A stretch of 39,559 bases of DNA, taken from the IMG/VR virus record IMGVR_UViG_3300038379_000636, positions 1-39,559 of that record; one strand, 5' to 3'. The notes under the pieces were generated by a model, which saw only the letters and a program-made list of their open reading frames with translations, did no database searches and had not been told where the DNA came from. Shown one piece after another: positions 32,420 through 39,559 of this stretch. Numbering within the stretch: position 1 is the first letter of the stretch; each line of letters opens with the position of its first letter. A program made the position numbers and the translations under genes. This DNA comes from a virus.

Positions 32420-32810
32420 ACACGGAGAAGTACCACCGCTCGCCGCGCTTCGTCCACCCCTTCCGCGCAAGGAGGCGCAGCACGCCAGGCTTCACCGTGC
32501 GCGTACCGACGACGAGCTCGCACACACCGCACAGTTGCGCGACCACGCGCAGCACCACGAAGAACGCATCGACGTCGTAGCGCCCGCGCATGGCCGGCGC
32601 GACGCACACGTGCAGCCCAGCCTCGCCATCCGCACAACTTCCGTCGGCGATGATCCAGAACACCGCGGAGTCGCCGTACGCGAACCAGTGGCCTGCGAGG
32701 AGCTCGACCTCGTCAAGCGCGCGCGGGTAGCCCCACTCGGCAAGGCGCGCGCGCATGCCAAGGAGCTCGATCAGAGTGATCTCACGAACGCGCGGACGTA
32801 AGCCGGGCAC
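32376..32810 (-). CDS. Hypothetical protein, possibly a GNAT-like acetyltransferase fold, 144 aa
   Basis: LHVCVAPAMRGRYDVDAFFVVL...LLARKGWTKRGE weakly resembles GNAT motif A and the C-terminal strand. The GTG start at 32810 abuts the stop of the C5-MTase remnant; an alternative ATG begins MRARLAEW. Confidence 0.35.
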   Translation of the reverse strand: MPGLRPRVREITLIELLGMRARLAEWGYPRALDEVELLAGHWFAYGDSAVFWIIADGSCADGEAGLHVCVAPAMRGRYDVDAFFVVLRVVAQLCGVCELVVGTRTVKPGVLRLLARKGWTKRGERWYFSVYGRFQEAEETEGPA

Positions 32811-32999
32811 TCAGCACCTCGAAGGCAAGGGCGGCTTGCGCGGGAACGGCTCCAAGTCGCCGCTCGCCATCCTCTCCGCCAGGACGGCGGCAGCGTAGGG
32901 ATCCCACTCGACGAGCCCGACGCAGCGGGCTCCGGGGTGTGCGTCTCGGATGCCAAGCTCGAGCCCTCCGACGCCGGCGCACAGGCCGAGCACGTTCAC
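32811..32999 (-). pseudogene. Truncated N-terminal remnant (62 codons) of a DNA cytosine-5 methyltransferase
   Basis: MNVLGLCAGVGGLELGIRDAHPGARCVGLVEWDPYAAAVLAERM corresponds to C5-MTase motif I (L.aG.GG) and the following E.D..A region. The ORF stops before any PC(Q) catalytic motif, and I found no continuation in any frame. Confidence 0.6.
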
Positions 33000-33217
33000 A
33001 GGTACATCTCGCCGCGCGAAGGCCCAAAGAGGAGCCAGTCGATGCGGCGCCCGCTCTTCCCGTAGGCGATCAAGAATGCGGCGCTCGGCTTCGACTGCGC
33101 GCGCTCGATGCGCTGAACCTGCTGGAACGAGACGCCCATCTCGCGCGCAAACGCGCGCTGCGAGAGCTCGCCGCGTGCGCGGCGCAGGCGCGCTGCGACT
33201 TGCTCCCAGCGCTTCAT
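32996..33217 (-). CDS. XRE-family helix-turn-helix protein, 73 aa
   Basis: LRRARGELSQRAFAREMGVSFQQVQRIERAQSKPS is a classic XRE HTH. ATGA overlaps occur on both sides. Confidence 0.75.
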   Translation of the reverse strand: MKRWEQVAARLRRARGELSQRAFAREMGVSFQQVQRIERAQSKPSAAFLIAYGKSGRRIDWLLFGPSRGEMYL

Positions 33218-34176
33218 GGAACGAGCCCCAGCTGCGCGGTCTTGCGCTCGGCGAACGCGGCGTACTCCGGGCGAACCTCGATCAGGAGCGAGTGGCGGCC
33301 GAGATCCTCGGCGACGCGACCGACCGTCACCGTGCCGGCAAACGGGTCGAGCACCACGCCGCCAGGGGGGCAACCCGCGAGCACGCACGGCTCGACGAGC
33401 TTGCGCGGGAACGTGGCGAAGTGCGACTCCACGGTCGGCGTCGTCGGGATCGTCCAGACGGTCCGCTTCGTCCGCGTCGGAGTCGGCGATTCGTGATGCA
33501 GACGCGGGGCACGATCCTTCGGTGCCCGCTCACGCCTTGAGTGATCGACGACGTGATGCGAGCCGGGCCCGCTGGCCCAGCCATCGGGCTTGCGCGCCGG
33601 ACCGCGATCTCGCGACACAACAGGCTCCGCGATCGCCTGCGCGTCGTAGTAGTAGCGCTCACTCTTCGCAAGCAGGAACAGGTACTCGTGCGCCTTCGTC
33701 GGGCGATCGCGCACGCTCTCGGGCATCGGGTTCGGCTTCGACCAGATGATGTCGCTGCGCAGCCACCAGCCGTCGGCCTGAAGAGCGAGCGCGATGCGCC
33801 AGGGCATGCCGAGCAGGTCTTTCGGCTTGACGCCTTCCGGCAGGTGCCTGCGGCATTTCAGGCCGCGCTGCGTGTGCCTCCGATTCGCACGCGCACCGTG
33901 TTTGCCCTGCGCGCCGCCGCCGCCCAAGCTCGCGTAGGAGTCGCCGAGGTTCAGCCAGAGCGTTCCGTCAGAACGCAATACGCGCCGCACCTCGCGGAAC
34001 ACCAAGACGAGCTGCTCGAGGTGCGCGGCGAGTGACGGTTCGAGGCCGATCTGATCCGCGTGCCCGTAGTCGCGCAGACCCCAATAGGGCGGCGACGTCA
34101 CGCAGCAGTGGACGCTGCCCGCTGCAAGGGTGGGCAAGATCTCGCGGCAGTCGCCGATGCGCAGGTCAACGCTCAC
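33214..34176 (-). CDS. DNA methyltransferase, N4-cytosine/N6-adenine (beta-class, SPPY) family, 320 aa
   Basis: IGDCREILPTLAAGSVHCCVTSPPYWGLRDYG...DGTLWLNLGDSY...IIWSKPNPMPESVRDRPTKAHEYLFLL...HFATFPRKLVEPCVLAGCPPGGVVLDPFAG. GTGA overlap with the terminase stop. Confidence 0.9.
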   Translation of the reverse strand: MSVDLRIGDCREILPTLAAGSVHCCVTSPPYWGLRDYGHADQIGLEPSLAAHLEQLVLVFREVRRVLRSDGTLWLNLGDSYASLGGGGAQGKHGARANRRHTQRGLKCRRHLPEGVKPKDLLGMPWRIALALQADGWWLRSDIIWSKPNPMPESVRDRPTKAHEYLFLLAKSERYYYDAQAIAEPVVSRDRGPARKPDGWASGPGSHHVVDHSRRERAPKDRAPRLHHESPTPTRTKRTVWTIPTTPTVESHFATFPRKLVEPCVLAGCPPGGVVLDPFAGTVTVGRVAEDLGRHSLLIEVRPEYAAFAERKTAQLGLVP

Positions 34177-35747
34177 AGCTCCGCGTACTCCTGCTCTCGG
34201 ACCAGCTCGGGATGCTCGCGCAGCATGCGCTGCTCCGGCGTCTCGATGGCCCGGCTCGACTCGCCGCCGCCCGCGAGCGCGTACTCGAGCGCTTCGCAGG
34301 GGTGGGACCAGCGGTTCTTGGCGGGCGAGTCCTTGTATTCGTCGACGACGCCGACGCGATTCACGCGCTCGAAGCACCACGCGCCGCCGAGTCCCTTGCG
34401 CAGCATCGGGCAGTCGGGGCCCGACAGCAGGAAGGCGCGGCGTCCGTCCATCGTGCCGCGCGTCAGCGGCCCGGCGAGCGCGGCCCGGCGAAGCACGGCG
34501 TCGTTGGTCGGCGCGGGCTCGATCGGGATGCCCGCCGCGCGCACGATCATCATGGGCGACTCGTCGACGGTGTCGCCCGCGTGGTCGCCCGCCGGATCCC
34601 CGTAGGCCCGAATCGCGTAGCCCGGGAACCTGCGCTCGAGCCAGCGCTTGCACTCGGGCGCGAAAGTCGCAGCGCTGCGGTCTTCGTCGTAGAACTCGGC
34701 GAGCGCGACCCAGCGCCCCAGGCCCGGCTGATACTGCGTCACGATGCACGCGGGGGTGCGCCCGAAGTCGAAGCCGAGGATGAGCGGCTCGCCGCGGTCC
34801 GGCGGGATCGAGGTCTCCGAGACGTGCACGGAGTCGATGAAGTCGGGGTGCACGGGCTTGCCTTCCTGCACGTAGCCCCACTCGTTCGCGAGGTAGACGA
34901 GCACCCAGTCCTCGCGCTTGCCCTCGAGGAGCTCCGTGTAGTAGAGGTGACCGCCAAGTAAGTGGTTGAGGTTCTCGGCGTCGGGGTTGGCCGCAAAGAT
35001 GCGCGAGCCGTCCGGGCGTACGCCAACTTGCACCACGCCGCCCGGCTGATGAAAGAAGCGCCAGCCCTTCGGCCGCGCATGCGGCCGACCGCGCTCGTCC
35101 ACGCCCTGCGAGAGCCGGTAGTACCAATGCTCGCGGTCGGGCTTGTTCGTATCGCCGAACATGCCGCGGTAGGTCGGCATCACGCCGCCCTGCGCCGCGC
35201 TCGGAAAGCGCCCGTGTCGGCCGTCGAGCATGTCGACGACGGCCTTGGAGAGCTCACGAAACTCCGAGAGGTAGATCCACGTGAACTCGGTGCCGAGCGT
35301 CTTTCGCACGTCGGCCGGGCGATCGAGCGCGAGGAAGATCACCTCGCTGTCGACGACCGTGCCATCCGGCAGATCGTACTGGAACTCGGCCATCGGCGGC
35401 TCAGCGCCGCCGCCATACCAGCGCCCGAGCTTCGGGAGCGGCGGCAGCGGATTGCCGAGCTCGTCGAGCCGCGACTCGCCCCACTCGGGGAAGAAGAAGT
35501 TCTTGAACGTGACCGCCGTGCTCGAGAGCAGATCCGGGTACGTGTTGCGCACGACGAGGAAACGCGAGGGGCGCGTGCCGGACCGATTCGCGGCTTGCAG
35601 GATCTGGAAGCGCAGGATGCGCTGGCACGAGGCCGTCGTCTTACCGCTGCCCAGCGGCCCGTCGATCAGCTGCACGCGCTCGGTCGAGGCGATGTAGGCA
35701 TTCAGCGTCGGGTAGCCCGGCGTCCCGAGCTCGAATTGCGTAGCCAT
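34173..35747 (-). CDS. terL: Terminase large subunit, 524 aa
   Basis: Walker A GPLGSGKT occurs in LIDGPLGSGKTTASCQRIL. A Walker B-like segment (WIYLSEFRE) and a C-terminal nuclease-like region (ILGFDFGRTPA...YGDPAG) are present. Its size and its position upstream of the portal fit. Confidence 0.9.
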   Translation of the reverse strand: MATQFELGTPGYPTLNAYIASTERVQLIDGPLGSGKTTASCQRILRFQILQAANRSGTRPSRFLVVRNTYPDLLSSTAVTFKNFFFPEWGESRLDELGNPLPPLPKLGRWYGGGAEPPMAEFQYDLPDGTVVDSEVIFLALDRPADVRKTLGTEFTWIYLSEFRELSKAVVDMLDGRHGRFPSAAQGGVMPTYRGMFGDTNKPDREHWYYRLSQGVDERGRPHARPKGWRFFHQPGGVVQVGVRPDGSRIFAANPDAENLNHLLGGHLYYTELLEGKREDWVLVYLANEWGYVQEGKPVHPDFIDSVHVSETSIPPDRGEPLILGFDFGRTPACIVTQYQPGLGRWVALAEFYDEDRSAATFAPECKRWLERRFPGYAIRAYGDPAGDHAGDTVDESPMMIVRAAGIPIEPAPTNDAVLRRAALAGPLTRGTMDGRRAFLLSGPDCPMLRKGLGGAWCFERVNRVGVVDEYKDSPAKNRWSHPCEALEYALAGGGESSRAIETPEQRMLREHPELVREQEYAEL

Positions 35748-35753
35748 AAGGTG

Positions 35754-35984
35754 TCAGCCGTCAGGCGTCACGATGCGCCGCTCGCTCTCGAGTAGCTTTT
35801 GCTCGAACTCCTGAAGCAGCCCCGCGACGATGCGCTTGGCCGCATCCGGCACCCACACCTGCGGGTGCATCTCGATCTGTGTGCCGGTCACGGTGAACAG
35901 CATTTGCACCGAAGCGACAAGATGCGGCTTCGCCGGCGTCGGAAGTCCGGGCAGCGTGCCGTCGTTTCGCAGGGCGGGGTTCAC
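35754..35984 (-). CDS. Hypothetical protein, 76 aa
   Basis: The GTG at 35984 overlaps the upstream TGA. No motif recognised. Confidence 0.45.
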   Translation of the reverse strand: MNPALRNDGTLPGLPTPAKPHLVASVQMLFTVTGTQIEMHPQVWVPDAAKRIVAGLLQEFEQKLLESERRIVTPDG

Positions 35985-36214
35985 GGGGGGCTCCCCTTCG
36001 GCAGACGCCGACGGCGCTCCTGCACCATCGCGAAGGCGAGGTCGAAGGACTCGCGCGCGACGCTTTGCGCGGTCAGACCGCGGCGCACCGAGTCCGTGAG
36101 CAGCGAGCGCATGGCCGCGCTCGCGTAGTAGTCGAGCAGCGTCGCCGACGGGGTCGCGAGCTCGCGCGCCTCGGCGTCGTCCTCGGGCGAAACCGGCGGA
36201 GCAGGCGCACTCAT
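35981..36214 (-). CDS. Hypothetical protein, 77 aa
   Basis: The ATG at 36214 overlaps the upstream TGA. No motif recognised. Confidence 0.45.
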   Translation of the reverse strand: MSAPAPPVSPEDDAEARELATPSATLLDYYASAAMRSLLTDSVRRGLTAQSVARESFDLAFAMVQERRRRLPKGSPP

Positions 36215-36441
36215 CCGGCCAAGAACGCCGCGCAGCCGGGATCGTCGAGACGGACCACCGCAAAGCCGCCCATGCCGGCCGGAGGCCCTCCGTGGCAGCG
36301 CCCGGTGGCGTGTGTCGCCTTGGTGCCGCGTGGATTGAAGAACGCGCACGCGCTGCACGGGCCGAACACCTTGCCGGACTTCGAGCGCAGCACGAACACC
36401 TCTTTCTCTTCGGCCTTCGCGGGCTGGGCTGCTTCGGTCAT
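36211..36441 (-). CDS. Small four-cysteine protein, 76 aa
   Basis: GPCSACAFFNPRGTKATHATGRCHGGPPAGMGGFAVVRLDDPGCAAF has the pattern C-x2-C-x16-C-x20-C. ATGA overlaps occur on both sides. Confidence 0.5.
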   Translation of the reverse strand: MTEAAQPAKAEEKEVFVLRSKSGKVFGPCSACAFFNPRGTKATHATGRCHGGPPAGMGGFAVVRLDDPGCAAFLAG

Positions 36442-36860
36442 TTCGTCGCCTCCTCTCGGGTGATTTGAGCCGCCGCTTCTGCCGCAGCGCGGCGGGCGGA
36501 CTCGATCTTGCGCCGGGCGACCTCGGGGAGATCCTCGAGCCCGATCCCGGTGTAGTCGCGCATGATGACAAGCTCGCGCGGCGCGTCGATTTTCACGTGC
36601 TTCTCGATGGTCTTGCCGAGCACGGAAAGGAATGCGACCGGCTGCGCTTCGGCCATGTCCGCCAAGTAGCCCAGCGCGCCGCCGAGCGGCGACTCCGCGA
36701 GCTTGAGTCCCTTCGCCTTCGCCTCGCCGAGCACCTTGGCAGCGCGCCGATCGCCGGCGATCTCCGCCGCGGCCCGGACCAGAAGGCGCATCTCCTTCGT
36801 GATCTTGTTCTCGCTGCCCTTCGGACGGCCGCCGCGGTTCTTTTTCGGCGCGTCGCTCAC
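36438..36860 (-). CDS. Basic N-terminus protein, possibly DNA-binding (a weak candidate for the small terminase), 140 aa
   Basis: (M)SDAPKKNRGGRPKGSENKITKEMRLL... The GRPKG-type N-terminus recalls small terminase / DNA-binding proteins. Three small genes separate it from terL, so the call is weak. Confidence 0.3.
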   Translation of the reverse strand: MSDAPKKNRGGRPKGSENKITKEMRLLVRAAAEIAGDRRAAKVLGEAKAKGLKLAESPLGGALGYLADMAEAQPVAFLSVLGKTIEKHVKIDAPRELVIMRDYTGIGLEDLPEVARRKIESARRAAAEAAAQITREEATK

Positions 36861-37627
36861 CCGCCCCTCTTCAGCGTCGCGACGTGCGCGAGCGCGTAGT
36901 AGACCGCGTCGCCCTCGAAGACGATGGTCGCCGCCTCGTAGAGCCTCGCGTGAAGCGCGGCCTCGAGGTTCACGTGCGTCCGGAACTCCAGACCACCCGG
37001 GCCGGACCAGGGATAGATCGGCACGAGGAGCCCGCCATCCGGGAGCCCGCCGACCAGCGGCGCGCGCAGGCGCACCTCGATCTCGAACATGCGCGGAAGC
37101 TCGAGCTCGATCTTCTCGCCGCGCGCGCCCGCGATGTGCGTCACGGTGCCGGTGTCGTTGATCTCGCTCTCCATCGTCTCGGTCGCCTTCACGAGCCGCC
37201 GCGATGCGAACGAGCGCAGCTTCTCGCGCACGATCGGGTCGACGATGGCCGACTCCGCGCTGTTCAGGAGCTCGTGGAGCGAGCGGCCCGTGAGAGGCGA
37301 CTTCTCGACGAGCACGCGGCGCCACAGCGCGCTCTCATCGCTGACCCAGTGCCCGCACGAGAGCGCTGCCCAGTCGCAACCGCGCCTGTAGATCAGCGTC
37401 TCGACCGGGCCGACGAACACTTCGAAGTAGCCCGCCCCAAAGCGCTCCTGCGCGAACCGGCGCATGGACGCCCACGACGAAAACTCGTGCGCCGGTGTCG
37501 TCTGCGGGTCCGCCTCATGCAGCCGGTAGTCCTTGTGCACCGCGACGAGGCCGACCGGGAGCGCGCCCTCGACGGGCGACGCCGCGATCAGCGCCTTGGG
37601 CGCGGCGGCGGATGTGGATTCGCTCAT
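36857..37627 (-). CDS. Hypothetical protein, 256 aa (loosely reminiscent of DUF2303/YfdQ-type prophage proteins)
   Basis: A clean coding frame with ATGA overlap upstream. The family assignment rests on a vague recollection only. Confidence 0.6.
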   Translation of the reverse strand: MSESTSAAAPKALIAASPVEGALPVGLVAVHKDYRLHEADPQTTPAHEFSSWASMRRFAQERFGAGYFEVFVGPVETLIYRRGCDWAALSCGHWVSDESALWRRVLVEKSPLTGRSLHELLNSAESAIVDPIVREKLRSFASRRLVKATETMESEINDTGTVTHIAGARGEKIELELPRMFEIEVRLRAPLVGGLPDGGLLVPIYPWSGPGGLEFRTHVNLEAALHARLYEAATIVFEGDAVYYALAHVATLKRGG

Positions 37628-37965
37628 TCCTTCTCCTTCTCGAAGAGGTCAACTTGCTTCGCCTTCTCCACCGCGATCCCGCCGCCGGCGAGGAACGCCT
37701 GCGTGCCCCTGCGCACGCGAGCCGGGCGCTTCACGCGGTCGAGTCCGCCGTAGACGATCGTCGTGCCCGCGTCGAGCGAGTGCACGAGCTCGACCGAGAT
37801 CGAGATCGTGACGCGGAGCTCCTTGTCCTTGTTCGGCTGATAGATGCCGTCGTGGGCGCGCCCGAAGATCTCGGTCGCCTCGGCGAGCGCTTCCTGAAAC
37901 TGCTCCTCGAGGTGGCCCCTGCCCACACGCTCGAGCGTCAGCCCTTCGTATTGTGAGGCGGTCAT
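37624..37965 (-). CDS. Hypothetical protein, 113 aa
   Basis: The ATG at 37965 is preceded by GGGGGGTGAGAGG. An alternative ATG at 37983 would give 119 aa. Confidence 0.55.
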   Translation of the reverse strand: MTASQYEGLTLERVGRGHLEEQFQEALAEATEIFGRAHDGIYQPNKDKELRVTISISVELVHSLDAGTTIVYGGLDRVKRPARVRRGTQAFLAGGGIAVEKAKQVDLFEKEKE

Positions 37966-37972
37966 CAGCCTC

Positions 37973-38476
37973 TCACCCCCCATCGGCAGCGACCCCAGCG
38001 CTGCCCGTTGTGCCGAGGACGCGCGCGGCGACTCGCCGCTCGCGCTCGCGCAGGTTGCAGTTGCGGCAGGCGCCTTTGCAGCGCCGCAGATCGACTCGGC
38101 CGTCGGGCAGCCGCGGGAGCCCGCCGTCCGGCCCGTAGGTGACCTCGTGCAGCTGCGTCGCTATGCCGGTGCACGTCGCGCCCTCGAGCTCGCAGCGATA
38201 CAGGCAGCGCACCAGCACGACGCGCCGAATCTCGCGGAACTCCGCCGTCTGGTAGTGGGCGAGAAACTTGCGCTTGCGAGCGGTCGGCTGCGGCTTGCGG
38301 CGGTGCTCGAAGCGCGGGAGCGCGAGCACGTCGAGGTCGAGCCCGAGGACGGGTGCCGTCGACAGCACCTTGCCGCACGCCGGCCGGATGCACTGCCACA
38401 CCGCGCGCACGCGACCAAAGGCTTCCCGCTGGCGAAGCTCGGCGGATCCGCCGCAGCGGCAGGTCGGCGCTCTCAT
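37973..38476 (-). CDS. Zinc-ribbon protein with a degenerate HNH-like C-terminal half, 167 aa
   Basis: CRCGG...CIRPACG at the N-terminus. This is followed by YQTAEFREIRRVVLVRCLYRCELEGATCTGIATQLHEVTYG...CKGACRNCN, which resembles the HNH-nuclease layout with the HH pair replaced. Confidence 0.4.
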   Translation of the reverse strand: MRAPTCRCGGSAELRQREAFGRVRAVWQCIRPACGKVLSTAPVLGLDLDVLALPRFEHRRKPQPTARKRKFLAHYQTAEFREIRRVVLVRCLYRCELEGATCTGIATQLHEVTYGPDGGLPRLPDGRVDLRRCKGACRNCNLRERERRVAARVLGTTGSAGVAADGG

Positions 38477-38811
38477 CCGTGCGCCTTCGCGCGTTCGCCG
38501 TCGAGCACCAGCCACTCAAGGAACTCATGCTCGTGCATCGCCTTGAGAATCGTCCAGCAGTGCGCGCGGGCCGTCTCGCGCGTCATGGTGCGCAGGTCCT
38601 TGTGCGATAGTGGGTGCACGTTCGTCAGCTCAATCACCCGGCTCGGATCCTCGCGATCAGGAACGCGACAACTCGCCCGAAGCAGCGCCCCGCCGACGAG
38701 CCCTCTTTCCTTCCCGAGAATCCCAAAGTCCAACGTCTCGACGTGCAGCGTGATCGGGAACAGCGGATGCTCGAACCGCGTGCGCGCGGCCACCTCATCG
38801 AGCAGGTTCAT
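38473..38811 (-). CDS. Hypothetical protein, 112 aa
   Basis: ATGA overlaps on both sides in a coding-like frame. No motif recognised. Confidence 0.55.
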   Translation of the reverse strand: MNLLDEVAARTRFEHPLFPITLHVETLDFGILGKERGLVGGALLRASCRVPDREDPSRVIELTNVHPLSHKDLRTMTRETARAHCWTILKAMHEHEFLEWLVLDGERAKAHG

Positions 38812-39065
38812 AGGTACGCCTCCGACGCCCGAATGACTTCTTCGCCCCGCGCGCGCAAGACGCGCCAGTAATACGAGCCGACGCGCGCACGAGCTTCGTC
38901 TCCGACGGCGTCGTCGCCTAACAAGTCTCGCCGAGTCAGCAGGTCCTCAAGCGCCAGTTGATCCTCAAACGAAAGCTGCTGCGAAGGCGACGAGAAGAAC
39001 ACGTCGCGCGAACGGCGCGCCGTCGCGCGGCGGGCTTGGCTCTTGAGGGCTCGTCGCTTTCGCAT
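38808..39065 (-). CDS. Hypothetical protein, 85 aa, first gene of the minus-strand array
   Basis: The ATG at 39065 has no RBS and lies only 8 nt from a -10-like hexamer, so the transcript is possibly leaderless. Confidence 0.5.
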   Translation of the reverse strand: MRKRRALKSQARRATARRSRDVFFSSPSQQLSFEDQLALEDLLTRRDLLGDDAVGDEARARVGSYYWRVLRARGEEVIRASEAYL

Positions 39066-39073
39066 TGCGGAGC

Positions 39074-39103
39074 TAAATAACTCGTGTCAGTGTAAGCGGT
39101 CAA
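39074..39103 (-). promoter_or_regulatory. Candidate sigma70-type promoter for the minus-strand array (TTGACC-18 nt-TATTTA)
   Basis: On the minus strand, TTGACC spans 39103-39098 and TATTTA spans 39079-39074. These lie in the 49-bp divergent intergenic region, which is the most AT-rich spot in the window. Confidence 0.35.
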
Positions 39104-39114
39104 GGGGGGATCGC

Positions 39115-39300
39115 ATGCGCTGCTCCTTTTGTTTTCGACCGCTGCGCGTCGGAACGCGCGCGGTGCGTGTCGTGAGGCCGGTGTGCTTCGAATGCGCGCG
39201 CTCGCCGCGCTTCGCCGTCGGCTGGCGGGGTGTCTTGGTCGTCGCTCTCGTCGCGGGCCTCGTGATGTTCCACGCGGGCCGCTGGTTCGCCGACCGATGA
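39115..39300 (+). CDS. Zinc-ribbon protein with a C-terminal TM helix, 61 aa
   Basis: RBS AAGGGGGGA. MRCSFCFRPLRVGTRAVRVVRPVCFECARS carries CxxC...CxxC, followed by WRGVLVVALVAGLVMFHAG (TM). Confidence 0.5.
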   Translation: MRCSFCFRPLRVGTRAVRVVRPVCFECARSPRFAVGWRGVLVVALVAGLVMFHAGRWFADR

Positions 39301-39539
39301 ACCCGAGGTCCGGTGCGATGAAGCTCGAGCGCCGCGTTTGCCCGCACTGCCGAGGCCGGGGCGAGACGTTCGTGCCCGCAGCCGGCGAGCTCCGCCGCCG
39401 GCGCGAATCCGAGGGCCTCTCATTACGCGAGGTTGCCCGCAGGCTTGGCTTTTCCGCGCCGTACCTCTCAGACGTCGAGCTCGGCCGCAGGAACGCAACC
39501 GAGGCGATCCTCGGCGCATACGAGTGCCTCCGGCGATGA
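39297..39539 (+). CDS. XRE-family HTH regulator with an N-terminal CxxC, 80 aa
   Basis: The ATG at 39297 overlaps the upstream TGA; an alternative ATG lies at 39318. LRRRRESEGLSLREVARRLGFSAPYLSDVELGRRNAT is a classic XRE HTH. Its stop overlaps the next ATG across the junction. Confidence 0.75.
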   Translation: MNPRSGAMKLERRVCPHCRGRGETFVPAAGELRRRRESEGLSLREVARRLGFSAPYLSDVELGRRNATEAILGAYECLRR

Positions 39540-39559
39540 CGCGCGAGCAGCTTCGGCGG
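39433..39559. repeat. Exact 127-bp terminal direct repeat, copy 2
   Basis: Identical to 1-127. Confidence 0.9.

Noticed and set aside
39433-39559. The 127-bp repeat as a genuine T7-like physical direct terminal repeat
   Set aside because: It lies within coding sequence, is exact, and has a length typical of an assembler k-mer overlap. T7-type DTRs are non-coding. I cannot fully exclude it without read data.

Overview
This high-GC window (roughly 70% by eye, not computed) is a complete podovirus-like phage genome. It closes on itself: bases 1-127 recur exactly at 39433-39559, giving a unique length of 39,432 bp.

Almost all genes lie on the minus strand in one tightly coupled array, with more than 20 ATGA/GTGA start-stop overlaps. 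Reading from 39065 downwards the order is:
- about nine small early genes of unknown function
- the large terminase
- a methyltransferase/HTH accessory island
- a T7-type portal, scaffold and major capsid protein
- gp11-like adaptor and gp12-like nozzle
- internal virion proteins, including a 2,597-aa polyvalent protein with a RadC/JAB motif and an HExxH motif
- a tail fibre
- an unusual 8.6-kb block of signal-peptide-bearing, cysteine-rich, beta-helix-like proteins with paralogous small partner genes
- a lysis cassette built around a DUF5675-like protein

A short plus-strand module diverges at 39115 and runs across the circular junction to 1146. It encodes a Zn-ribbon membrane protein, two HTH proteins and a J-domain protein.

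I recognised no tRNA, rRNA, CRISPR array, integrase, DNA polymerase, RNA polymerase, primase or helicase. All functional calls rest on motifs read by eye and recalled family signatures. No database search was run.
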